Assembly: GCF_009914755.1 (NCBI RefSeq)
Contig: NC_060944.1
Direction: 5' to 3' (one strand)
DNA length: 64,000 nt
DNA from: the human T2T-CHM13v2.0 reference genome, Homo sapiens
Positions 26,156 through 37,843 of this stretch are shown here, one piece after another. Both the position numbers and the translations under genes were made by a program. How positions within the stretch are numbered: position 1 is the stretch's first letter; each line of letters begins with the position of its first letter. A model generated the notes under the pieces. The model saw nothing but the letters and a program-made list of their open reading frames with translations, made no database searches and had not been told where the DNA came from.

Positions 26156-26838
26156 ATATATCCCAGATACACTCTGACTCTGAGTTGTTTAGTGTATTAG
26201 GGAGGAAATTGACATCCAGGACAGTTAAACTCTAATGGGTGGAGGAAAGATAAAGAGAAAACAATATAAAGCGTGGCATGCTGACTAAGGACTGAGGACT
26301 AAGACTAGGGCCCCTCCTTGTGACCTTCTCAATAGAGAAAATGTAACGGAAACATAGTTACAGTAAAGGTCAGGAAGAAAAATGGATGGGGAAAATTAAT
26401 AAATGATATCTATGATAAGTCAATTATTTATTATACTCCATCCACTTCCAAAAATAAGTGGATGTAACTTATAAATTTGAATACAACATATGGCAAAGAC
26501 AACTTTTTTCTAAAGAGGAAAAAATTACTAGAATTAAAAGTATAGGCATTTCAGGTACCTGGAATGAAAAGCTCCTTTTATCTCATCTGAATAACAAAGT
26601 ATAACCATTTGTCTGGAAGAAAAATATCATGGGTGTTACTTCACATCTTAAATATGTTCCAAAAACTCACAGTGGAAATATTGTTTGGATGTTTGTATTT
26701 ACTTTCCATTAAAACCAACAGCATAACATTACATTTATTCTTTAAAGGAATTTTTATGTGAATCTTAGCAAATATGGTCCATTTACGTTGCTTAGGCTTA
26801 CACTGCTAACTAAGGGATAATGTTTAGAGACTACAGAG

Positions 26839-27008
26839 CAGTGATTCTCAACCCTGGCTGTACCTAAGAATCACCAGGGAAGCTTTAAAAATCATGATAC
26901 CCACACCACATCCTAGACCAGTTAAATCATGGTCTCTGCTGGAAGCCCAGGCATTTTTTTTAAAGCTTCCTAGGTGATTTCAATGTACAGTCAAAGTTGA
27001 AAACTGCT
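26839..27008. mobile_element. MER5-family hAT-Charlie MITE
   Basis: CAGTGATTCTCAACCCTGGCTG...GAATCACCAGGG...GTGATTTCAATGTACAG...GTTGAAAACTGC. Confidence 0.8.
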
Positions 27009-28151
27009 AACATAACAGACTGAGCAGTTACTGTCTCCATTAGCCTATCCTGTTTATGTATCATTATTTCTCAGTGGAACTTTTGATTAATGCTGGGTTG
27101 CAATCAAATATTATGCCAGTATGCATCTAAAGTACTAGCCTTATGGAACATTGATTAGATAAGGAAGTCAGCAGAGTGGACCCAGGAGTGACTAAGGTCC
27201 TCCTGGGACCAATAGGATGTGAGTAAGTTAGTGGGGGATTGAGTTATTAACTCTAGATTGACAAAGAAGTCAACCAATTGCTTGTGCTTTTCAAGGGTCA
27301 AAGACTATGACCTAGTTACTTTCCTCAGTAGTTTGCTTCAGAACTCCAGGTTGGTAAAGGGTGAAAAAAAATCCATGGGCTTGTTGCCCTTAAATATCTG
27401 GAAACACTAGACTGATTCAAGAGATGCTCTGGGTTCCAGCAGTGCAACTCCCTAAAATGATTGGAGACTTGGTTGAAGTTCCCAGGAATTAACATGAAAT
27501 GCGACTTCATGAATCGAAATGTGTTTGTAAATGACTTGTAAATAATAGTTTCATTCTTCACCAGTGTAAGGTGATGGCCTTACATCTTATCATAAGATCT
27601 AAGCCCCAAATGGAATTGCAAATCTTTCCAAGGACTTTCATTCTTTTCCCTTTGGAGGAGAGAGCTCTGAAAGGCTTATAGCTCTGCCCCCTTATGGCCA
27701 GGCCTTTCTGAGTCACTTTAGGTCTCATGGTTCACCTTGGCTACAAGCCATTACTCTTTTTGCCCCATATTATTTGGGGTGATGCATGGGAAAGCTCAGA
27801 TGAAAAACAGACTGCAGTTTTGATGTTTTTGCCCCTTCTATCCCTGAGACTTTGAGCAGGTTACCCAACTTCTCTGAAACCATTTCCTAATATTTGATGT
27901 GGGAATAATAATCTATCATTGAAATGCTTAATATGTTACTATATATTCAAGACATTATATTTGAAAAAAATTGATAAAATGTTCAGCAAGCATAATTAAG
28001 GGAAAGAGAATGGTGCTGTCAAATAGTATTATTAGAGTTTTTAAAGTCTATGTTCTACCCAATATTTGACAGTGTTTAGTAAAGTATGCACAGATGGGAG
28101 GCCCTTACCAGCCCCACTGATTATAGGAGAAAAGGATGATTATTTTCCAGA

Positions 28152-28470
28152 GCTGCTCTGTGCAATATGAAAGTCACTGTTCAATTGAAACGTGACTTGT
28201 CTAAATTACAATGTGCTGTAGATAAATACAAAACGGATGTCAAAGACTCAGTGTTAAAATAAGAATGTAAAGTATCTCTTAACAATTTTGTTCTAGTTAT
28301 GTAATTTATTTTGGACATATTGGGTTGATAAAATATGCTGTTAACATCAATATTACCTATCTCTTACTTTTTGTTTAAAAATAGAAAATTTTAAAAATAG
28401 AAAATTTGAAATCATATATTTGGCTCACATTTGTGGCCTGAGTTTTATTTTTATTGGGGAGTGCTACCCT
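28152..28470. mobile_element. MER33 hAT-Charlie element
   Basis: GCTCTGTGCAATA...AAAGACTCAGT...AAGAATGTAAAGTATCTC...TTTTGGACATATTGGGTT...GGCTCACATTTGTGGC. Confidence 0.78.
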
Positions 28471-28954
28471 AGAGCTTTGTGTTGGCTCAACACAATTTAA
28501 GGGGAAAAACATTAAACCTCCCAATAATTACTTTCTCTGGAAATCACTGTGCCTCTTGATTTTTTGTGCATTTACCCTGATGACACCATGATGTTAGATC
28601 CTGCTCTCATGATCCTTCTATCTTAGAACTGTGTTGGTTTGGAGCTTCAGAAATTAAACATTCTTGAATAAAGAATGGGTCTTTCACTAAATAAAATTCC
28701 TGCTTATTGTGAAAAATATCATTGCCAGTTTTTTGTGTTTTTTTTTTGTTTGTTTGTTTTTTTGTTTTTTTTTACACAGGGCAGATTCTTTTCTCCTTCA
28801 ATTTTTTATCCCTCTTTTACTTAAGCCACCCTTTAAAGACCCTCAATTGCTGTCTGATCATTTAAGATATTACCTATAACTCCTGGAGCTTTGGTCTATA
28901 CCAAATCACTGTGGCCTGTGGGGTCTGGAGCATGAAGGAACAAAGGTCTAGGGC

Positions 28955-29258
28955 AATTCGTGCCTATGTGACTGACCCCCAAGGAAAGCACTGAGCACCA
29001 AGGCTCAGGTGAACGTCCCGGGTTGGCAACACTTTTCAAGTGTTGCCACACATCATTGCTGGGAGAATTGAGTGTTGTTTATATGACTCCACTGGGGGAG
29101 GACTACTGGAATCTTGTTCCTGGTGTCTCCTGGGCTCCTCCCTATGTGTCTTTTTCCTTTGCTGATTTTAATCTACATTATTTCACCATAATAAACTGTG
29201 ACTGTCAGCATAACAGCTCAGGAATCCTGAGGGTGATCCTGGGGAACCCTGATGTACA
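28955..29258 (+). mobile_element. ERVL LTR 3' half (LTR40/MER21-like)
   Basis: CACCAAGGCTCAGGTGA...TGACTCCACTGGG...TTTGCTGATTTTAATCT...TAATAAAC...CTGAGGGTGATCCTGGGGAACCC. Confidence 0.7.
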
Positions 29259-29619
29259 TTAACCCCGAATTGTATTCACTGTCTACTACATACTGACAAT
29301 ATTACTGATAAAAGGGAAACAGACAGGAGTAGGGGGATGGGGATAGACCCTAAAATCTGTGGGCTGTTTATTGTGAGCTAGGAACTATTTTATATGCTTT
29401 TCATGCAGCTATTATCAGATGGCATTCATGCAATAACTCTCTCATGTTGGTTTTATAGACAGGAAAATGGAGTTTCCATCTCTAACCCCTAATAGGTCAA
29501 ATTAATACAGTATGGCCTAAAGCTGTAGGCATATAAAAACCATTCACCATAACTGAATGGTAGAACCAGATACAAGCTGGGTTCTCTGAGATCCCAAGCT
29601 CTGGTTCCAGCATACCACA

Positions 29620-30750
29620 GCAAAGATGTAGCTACACCATGGCCATGACATGTGCAGCAGAGGCTGTGGGTTCTCTGCCCACACCAGAATTCACTGCAGA
29701 GTTTCTGGACATGCCTATGACCTGCTGCATTTCTCAGCCTGACAACTCTCTCTGATAGGTTGAGCATGCTTGTCCAGCACACCAGACGTGATACCTGAGG
29801 AATGGCCCTCAAACAATAAGAAATGTAATTGGTGAATAAATACCTGATTTTCTTTGCTGCTCATTGGGTCAATTCTGAGGCATGTTCCACAGAGTGTCCC
29901 ACATAATCCCCAATGAAATTGAGCCCTAGTTGTGTTACCAGTAGAGGGTCTTGACTGCAAGTTGTCCAGGTTCTTGCATTTTGAACAAAGAATTGGACAA
30001 AATGCACAGCAAAGTAAGGAAAGAACAAAGCAATGAAAGAGCAGAGATTTATTGAAAATGAAAGTATACTCTTCAGTGTGGGACCCGGCTTGAGCAGCAG
30101 CTCAAGGGCCCCAGATACAGAATCTTCTCGGGTTCAAATACACCCTAGAAGTTTCCCATTGGCCACTTGGTGTTCACCTCATATAAATGTTCACCTTCAC
30201 ATAAATGAAGTGGTGGCCCCCTATTGGTTGCTTACTGCAACCAATCAGAGGCTGGAGTGAAGTTACAAAGGTCACACACCTATACAAACATCTGGCTAGT
30301 TGTGGACAGCAACCAATCAGAAGCTGAAGTGAAGTTACAAAGTTACAGTCTTATGCAAACGTCTGTTTGCGTCTGGTTGCAAAAAGCAACCAATCAGAGG
30401 TACTTTCAATTTCCTATCTGCCCATGAGGAACAGGTGGGAGTTTGCAAAGGGTTTGCCTCTGGTCCTTTTGCTACTTAGGCATGGAAAGTTAGGGTTTTA
30501 CTTTCAGTTTAGTCCTAGGAAGTCAGCATGAAACGGCCTTAGGTTCCCTGCCTCCAGACCCTGTTCTGCGGACTCAGTTGCTCACAGCAGCGTGCCCCTC
30601 TGTGACATGCCCTTTACTGGCATTATTCCTTATCTATCTCACCTCCCCATGCCTTCACTATGTGACCTGCTGTTCCCTCCCAAATATACGACTTGAAGCC
30701 AAATTCCAAACTCAGTATTTATATTCGGTAGAAACCCACATGAAGAAAAG
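29620..30750 (+). mobile_element. LTR33-like (ERVL) LTR interrupted by MER51A
   Basis: AATTCTGAGGCATGTTCCACA...ATTGAGCCCTAGTTG resumes after the insertion as CTCACAGCAG...CTCCCAAATA. Confidence 0.6.
29933..30576 (-). mobile_element. MER51A-like ERV1 solo LTR
   Basis: Minus strand begins TGAG...AGGGTCTGGAGGCAGGGAACCTAAGGCC and ends ...CTGGTAACA. There is a 4-bp TSD GTTG at 29929-29932 and 30577-30580, and repeated AACCAATCAG units. Confidence 0.9.
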
Positions 30751-33019
30751 TTATAGGATCATACCCAAATAGCTAGATATAAAGCAGAAAACAAAGGGAC
30801 TGAAGGACAGTAGCACCATGGTTACACCCTGCATTCTGTATTTTTAAGTCTCACCTTCATAACGTACAAACATTTCTTTGTCCCATATTTGACTTAAGTT
30901 GAATCATTACATTCAATTCTAGCATGAAATATGTATATACAATAAGTTGTCATACATTGTTCTATATTATAGTATGTTCTTTGTACTTTAGTTTATTTGG
31001 TTAATTCTTGTTTTCCACCCTTAATGCCATTAAAGTATGTACCTAGATGAACCATCATTCGTAAAGCTGAAAGGTAATATTTACTTAATCAAAATTAGAC
31101 TTCTTAATACTCGTTAAAGGGAAAACCCATTGTGGGGAAGAAGCATAGAGTATAATGCTCATATTATATTTCAGACAATAAAACAACCTTGTATAATCCT
31201 ATTATGAACATTAGCATACATTTCACAGCCCATCCGGCAAACAATAAGGGTCATGACTCTATGTATTTGAAATGCTATCCAGGGCATTGTAGTAAGCAAA
31301 ATGGTAAAACCTACAGCTGTGTCAGTGGGTCAAAAAGCGGTCATGGTACATTTCTCAGACACTGTGAACCCAAATACGCTTTTATAAAGATAAGCTGTGT
31401 GTTAGGAAACATGTTTTTCAAAGCTAAACAGGTCTAAAGATATAGTTATGTGAGAAGCAGGGACGGGAGGGGGAGAGCATGACCTGTTTGGAGTGATTCA
31501 TGGTTAAATGAAACTGTGACAAAACTCCAGTGTCTTGTGGAATGCAAATTCTTATTATAAAAACATCCTTTATGAGACAGAGAAAATACAGTGTCTGCTT
31601 CCAGTTAAAGAATTTTCTTCTGAAACTTCAGAAGAGGTCACTCTAATCAGTTTGCCGGAGAATTTCTAACCTGGAAGATTAAAAGACAGGATTTTTTCCC
31701 CCAAATCATATTTGGTAATAGTAACTTATTTTATTGATACGTTTTAGACTAGGTCTAAAATTTTAGATGAAGTCTCCTGTGCATATTTCATACTCCTGCT
31801 TTCTGGACTGTCCTGGCCTCCTTGATTTCTTTCTTTCCTCTGTCCCTATTACTTTCTGGATGAAATATTAAATTCACATAAGAATTGAATATAAAACATA
31901 AAATTATATCTCCAAAGAGTATGATATGTCATACGATAGGTTCTGACTCAGTTTCTATCTGAGCTAAACCTGGAAAATAGACGCCGCCTCCATTAAATTG
32001 TTATTTTATTAGAGTGAGCAAGTGTCTAAATACCTATAATTATTGTTACAGGTATAGTCTACTGTTTAAAAATTATGGGCATGTTGACATTATGATTTAA
32101 TCATTCACAAGCTTTATAAATATAAAAGATTTGTCACTGTCACTGGAACCTATTTTAAATTATTTCATGCCTTCAGTTTACTTAGCTTGTATCCAAGTTT
32201 GAAGGCAATCTCATTTGTCACATTGTTTTCTCTGACAATAATGATGAAATTGCTGCTAATTTGAAAAGAACTTTAAAATTCTGTATTACGTCTGACCCAG
32301 TGATAATATTCACTGTATGCCAACATGGTAAATGCAACATTGAGTGTGAAATTGATAAATAGCCAAGTCCTCAAACTACTCCTTTCTCTGCAAGTATAAT
32401 GGACCTAATGCATATATCTAAATGACATGCATTTTTAGTAGAATTCACAAATAGGAAGTACCATTTCTTGCCAAAACACCAGAGGATAACACCCTCCCTC
32501 CTGATGCCAATCTCTCAATATCTTCTTCTTTTAGAGAACTTGGGTTATGAATGTAGAGACCACTATCCTGACAGCACAAGGAACTACAGTCTGTCACAAA
32601 CAGAGAGATGCACACCTCGCTAAACCTAATGCTGGCAGCAGGAATTCATAGAATATCAGAGAAAGCAAAAGGCTCTTTATCACACCACAGATGATTTCAC
32701 TCTTTTTAATGCAAATTTTGAAAAACTACATAGGAAACAGAATTTTCTACAACTTAAATTGGATCCTATTGCAAGAAAGTGACCAGTCCATAGCAGAGCT
32801 ATATGAAATACACAGAAAAAAAGTGAGCAAAACCTAAGACACTACGAGAAGAAAAACACTTATTGCATTAGAAGAGAAACTGTGTTCTAGACTCATCTGG
32901 CAAATAATTTTTGTTAATTTAGTAATAATGAGGACACTTAGTTAAGATATTGCCATGACAAGTAGAAGTTTTAATTTAATAGAATGTGTAATCGCTCACA
33001 TCTGAGGTTCTAATTAGCA

Positions 33020-33335
33020 CATGGTTCTTCTCAACACAGGGAATGGGAACCTAGGCTCCCTCCAGTGTGTGGTTCTGTCATCCCATAGGGTAGTTTATGG
33101 AAATGGCAAAGACAGCATGGAGGATGCACAGCCGTTTCTAACAAGTGGCTTAGAAATGTCACTCATCACTGCCACTTACTTCCCATTGGTGAGAATTCAT
33201 CTCATAGGCAGACCCACCTGCAAGAAGTGTGCAGAAGAATGAATGTGGCCTGTGATTGGGCAGCCACTTCCTTGTTACAACTGTGTTCTATGGAAAAGGA
33301 GAAAAGTTTGTGGTGGATAGATAGCCATTGCTGCA
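33020..33335 (-). mobile_element. Old MLT1 (K/L-like) LTR fragment
   Basis: CACTTACTTCCCATTGGTGAGAA...CCTGCAAG...GGCAGCCACTTCC...TTTGTGGTGGATAG. Confidence 0.55.
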
Positions 33336-33389
33336 GGAGGAATTGGAAATAGCAGAATTCCATCTCAAGTATCTGTAGTATTCACTGCC

Positions 33390-33390
<1 letters not shown>

Positions 33391-33442
<52 letters not shown>
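33391..33442. repeat. Perfect (GATA)13 tetranucleotide STR
   Basis: 52 nt of uninterrupted GATA. Confidence 0.98.
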
Positions 33443-33443
<1 letters not shown>

Positions 33444-33582
33444 ACTTTCCAAATAGATCTTTGCCCATTAATGTTTTATCCATCCTTCAAGGCTCAGTTT
33501 TAAGTGTTGCTTTTTCTAAAGAGTCATCCCTAGCTCTCATCAAGTACGTCCCACACTGCCTATTAGAGAATAATGAATGGCA

Positions 33583-34008
33583 TAGATGCTGTCGGTTCTC
33601 AACTTAGATTACCTTACCAGGCTGGTGCAATCCTTCCCTAGCTGCATGAATGTTGGCTGCTAATGGCTCAGAGCTGCTCTCTTCTATGGTAAATTGCCAA
33701 ATAGAAGACACCTTACCTTGGAGGTCAAATGACTTTCCCTCACCCTGCAGTCGACAGCCAATGACTGATCAACATGTGGGTAAGAGAGACCATTCCCACA
33801 GTGAGATCAAGTCTGTGGTGCAGTTCATACTTTGGAGTTCCCAATGAGATTAGGCTGAGGCTAAGTCTGGCTCAACTCCTTCCCTTGCCCCATCCTGCTT
33901 CTCCCATTCCTCTTCTCTTGACAGCGTCCTCCTCATGCCCCTGCAATAAACCACATGCACTGGAATCCATGTTTTAGGTTCTGCTTTCAGGGAGTTAAGC
34001 ATAAGGCC
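33583..34008 (+). mobile_element. LTR16C-like (ERVL) solo LTR
   Basis: GTTGGCTGCTAATGGCTCA...GACAGCCAATGACTGA...TCTGTGGTGCAGTTCAT...CAATAAACCACATGCAC. Confidence 0.75.
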
Positions 34009-35850
34009 AGGAGCCACCTTTCTTCTAAAGTTGGGAGACTGTATGTAATCTTCATGTATTTCTTTCTATCTTAATTTCATGTTTTAGGGGTGACGCAAAC
34101 CTTAGGAAAACAGGTTCACAACTGTAATTTGATCAGAAAATCAAATTCCAGGGTTTCCCCACGCTCGGTAAATGTTCTCAATTTTCCAAATTCTCCACAT
34201 TTTATGACTTTTCATTGAGAATTGAGTGTAGATACTGATCTAGCAGCCATTTGTGATTCTCCATTATCAGAGGTAGATTTTTCAAGATTCTCTACATACT
34301 AAGCAGGAAGATTAGCACAAATATTTTATGTTTACAAACATTAAGGAAGTTCCCTTTAGCCAAAAAACATATGAACCAACCGTAATACCCTACCCTATAA
34401 GCAGTTGCACAATGTGATCTGAGGATAAAATAAAATGTTAATGATGCAGTGCTTTATGTCTATGACATAGTAAAAGCCATAAATGTCTGTTCTTGTTTCA
34501 CTTTATTTTCATTCTAACATATTCCCGCCATTGTCTCTTTGTAACCCCAGGTGAGACAGGAAGGAAGAGCCATAACTGGTTCAATTTTTCAAAAGTGAGA
34601 TTTAAAACATCAGAATCAGCTTCAAATTATGAGTCTCACAGCAACAATTTGGGATGTCATTGATTTGGTATGAATGTCCCCTTAATGTGCTATAGAAGTC
34701 CCTAGGTACAGGCAGCAAGGGAAATCCCACTTGGTTTTCATAATGTTCATACTTGACTTATGACAGGCAGAACATTTTAGATTCCGCAATGAATTAATGC
34801 TTAATTAATATATTTAATAAGAATGAGACATGATATCACTATTGTGTTCCAGTTAATTCCTGTTATCATCTACATGAAAATGTTTCTTGAGTGAAACATT
34901 TAGGAACACATTTCAGAATTCCCATGATAGTAAAAGATAATGAGGCTTTGCCTCTGATGAGGACAGAATCTTGACAGTTTTCTAATTAATGGGATAAATG
35001 TGGTAGCTCAGCTTCTCTTGCATTCAAATGTCCACATCATCTCTCCATTAATAGGCAAATGGTTTCTCTCTCCTAATCAAATTATACTATTCTTTGGCGT
35101 CTTTATCTTAAACTATTTCTTACTTGAAATAACTTGACTCCTTCATTTTGCAAATATGCATACTTTTCTGTCTTTGAAACCAATCCTTCACTGTGAAACT
35201 TTTTTCTAAAAACTCTAGGCTGTAATTATCTGATGTTCTGACTACTACCAGATTGTGGCTTGGTTGTACAGTTTGTTACTGAGTTATGTTCAAATTATCA
35301 CTTAATTTCTGTCATAAGTTGACAAGTTTGTCTAAGTCATAACCTTTGACAGCATAGTTCACAGGGAATCGATCAGATCTTATATGCTGCAGTGTAATAT
35401 TCACTGTGCTTAGCCCACAGCTGAACATACAGTAGGTTATCAATATACAGTTGAATGTGAGAATGTATGCACATCTCATATTCCTTGGCACCATCACTAC
35501 TGGGTCTCTGAGATGAAAGAGGGTCAGAAATGTCATAGGCCTCTTCAGCTCACTTTCTTGACCCAACGTGACCCAAAGGTGTTGTATCATCAAGTGTGAG
35601 AAGGAATTCACTCCCTTGCCCACTTCTCCCAACACTTCCTTCCCAGAGACAGCTTTAGACATTGTTGGCAAGAGATTGTCTATAAGCAGGTCAGAAGAAA
35701 GGGTCACTCCTGTCTTAGGAAAGGTCTGTGGTATCTTCCCCTCAACAAGGAGCAAGACCCCATTAAGTGTCAATTGAAGCACAGATAATGTATGAGTATT
35801 AAAGAATAGACTCAGAGTCATATGTTGTTCCATAGGGAAAATGCATATAC

Positions 35851-36070
35851 TTTATATATTTCTCTCATGGTTATTTCCTAAGGAAGCAACTATAAAGTAC
35901 ACACATATACATACTAGAAACTGCATACTTCTCAGGTGATAACTATATATTTGTATCACTTTTATGTATTTCTCTCATGGTTATTTCCTAAGTAGGCAAC
36001 TATAAAGTGTGCACATACACATACTAGAAATTGCATACTTCTCAGATGATTAATATATATTTGTGTTACT
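35851..36070. repeat. 110-bp head-to-tail tandem duplication (2 copies)
   Basis: 35851-35960 vs 35961-36070 align without gaps, with 13 mismatches (about 88% identity). Confidence 0.95.
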
Positions 36071-36479
36071 TTAGACATTTGACAGACATTTGGGGTTTAC
36101 GCAAGGTAGTGATGAAAACTAGGAGAGAAGTATCTGCTTCCCTTTAGTCTGCGCTGTGGAGTTCTGTGAGTCATGTTCCATAGACTTACACATCACTCCA
36201 GAAACATGCTTCATTCTGCCATGTTTCATGTGTCATCCTGCTTGTGAGTGCAACCTTGATCTTCAGCTTCTCAGTGCAAAAGACAGGGAAGAAGCTACCA
36301 GAACACAGGCCCCGGTGTCACTTTCCAGATTTCACTAGCTGAGTGAATTTTGAAATGTTATTTGATATTTCCCCATTAGTACAATCAAGTTAATAGTATC
36401 ACCATGTCAGAATTGTTTTAAGAATTAAATGATGTACAAACCACCTAGCACAGTACTTGTCCAAACAATCTATTAATTC

Positions 36480-37505
36480 AGCTTTTCATTCAACAAATGT
36501 TTATTGTGTACCTACTATGTACCAGTTTACACTCCAGAAGAAAAAAGACTATTTTAATAAAGCATATAGTATGTTCTATGGCAAAGACAAAAGCTGCAAG
36601 GTGGAATATGGGGAATTCTGAAATGGTATTTTGTTTGTAGACCCCACTGATAATGTAAATTTGATAAAAGACCTGAAGGGGGTAGGGGAGTTAGCCATGT
36701 ACAAAGGTGGGGTGTCTTAGTCAGTTTGGGCTGCTATAACAAAAACATCATAGACTAGGTAGTTCAAACAACAATTCATTTCTCACAGTTTTAGAGGCTG
36801 CAAAGTCCAAGATCAAGGTATTGGTAGATTCAGTGTTTGGTTTGCGAATTTCCGTCTTCTTATTGTAACTGCACATGGTGGAAAGCAGAGAGACACAGAG
36901 AGAGAAACAGAAAGAGAGAGAGAGAGAGAGAGAGAGCAAGTTATTGTGTCTCTTTTTGTAAGGGTGCTGGTCCCATTCATGAGGGCTCCACACTCTTAAC
37001 CTAATTAGCTCTCCATGATCTTATCTCCTCCTGCCATCACATTGGGGATCAGAATAACAACAAATACATTTTGGGGGACATAAACAGTCTGCCCACAAAA
37101 TGGGGGAAGTAAGTTTCAGGTAGAGGAAACAGCAAATGCAAAGGCCCAGGGGTTGGGAACACATCTAATGAGTTTTAAGAATACCCCGAAGGCCAGAATG
37201 GCTAGAGTGGGTTATGAGGAGGAGAAGAGAAGGTGAGGTGAGCAAGGTGATAGAAAGCTTGATCAAGTGGAGTCCTGTAGGCTGTTAAAATTGTTGTGGC
37301 TTTTATTCTGGTGAAATGAAAAACCAGCGGAGCATTTTGAGCAGTTGATTGATTTGACAGCATCACTGGGGCTGGTGATTGAGAAAAGTGAAAGGAGGCC
37401 AGAACCCCAATTTGCAGGCTACTGCAATAACACAGGAAAAAGAGGATGGTGGCTAGTACTGGGATGGTATCACTGAAGTTAGTGAGAAGTGATTAGATTC
37501 TGAAT
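36480..37505 (-). mobile_element. L2 LINE, antisense (split by MLT1A0)
   Basis: TTCATTCAACAAATGTTTATTG...CCTACTATGTACCAG; GAGGAAACAGCAAATGCAAAGGCCC; GGCTACTGCAATAA. Confidence 0.8.
36713..37100 (-). mobile_element. MLT1A0-like MaLR solo LTR with internal (GA)n
   Basis: TGTCTTAGTCAGTTTGGGCTGCTATAACAAA...AAGTCCAAGATCAAGG...CCCATTCATGAGGGCTCCAC; TSD TGGGG at 36708-36712 and 37101-37105. Confidence 0.88.
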
Positions 37506-37843
37506 AATAATGATAAACAATTTGAGTTAAAAAATCCAAGATATGTAAATCATAATTTGATTTTGATAATAGCAATGTTTATTTGATATAGCAAGAGTTC
37601 TTGATATTAAAACAATGCTTTTGACAAAATAATGCTGAAAGTACCTATTCTATGTTCACAATTCTACTGGAAATGCCATGAATATGAATATTATGCATAT
37701 GGAACACCAAATATCAGCATTAAATTCTTTGGCAATATATTTTTGTCTTTCCTAGCATATCTCAAAAATCAAGATGAATCCTTAAGCTTTCTACCCAGAT
37801 GTTGTGGGAACTTGAAGACAAAGTCTCAAAGGTAAAGTAGATA

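Noticed and set aside
32298-35407. Shared CAGTG(A)TAATATTCACTGT mini-hairpin at 32298 and 35390
   Set aside because: Only a 13-nt exact match with unrelated flanks, and the second copy lies at an L2-like tail. Not distinguishable from chance and not a repeat-spacer array.
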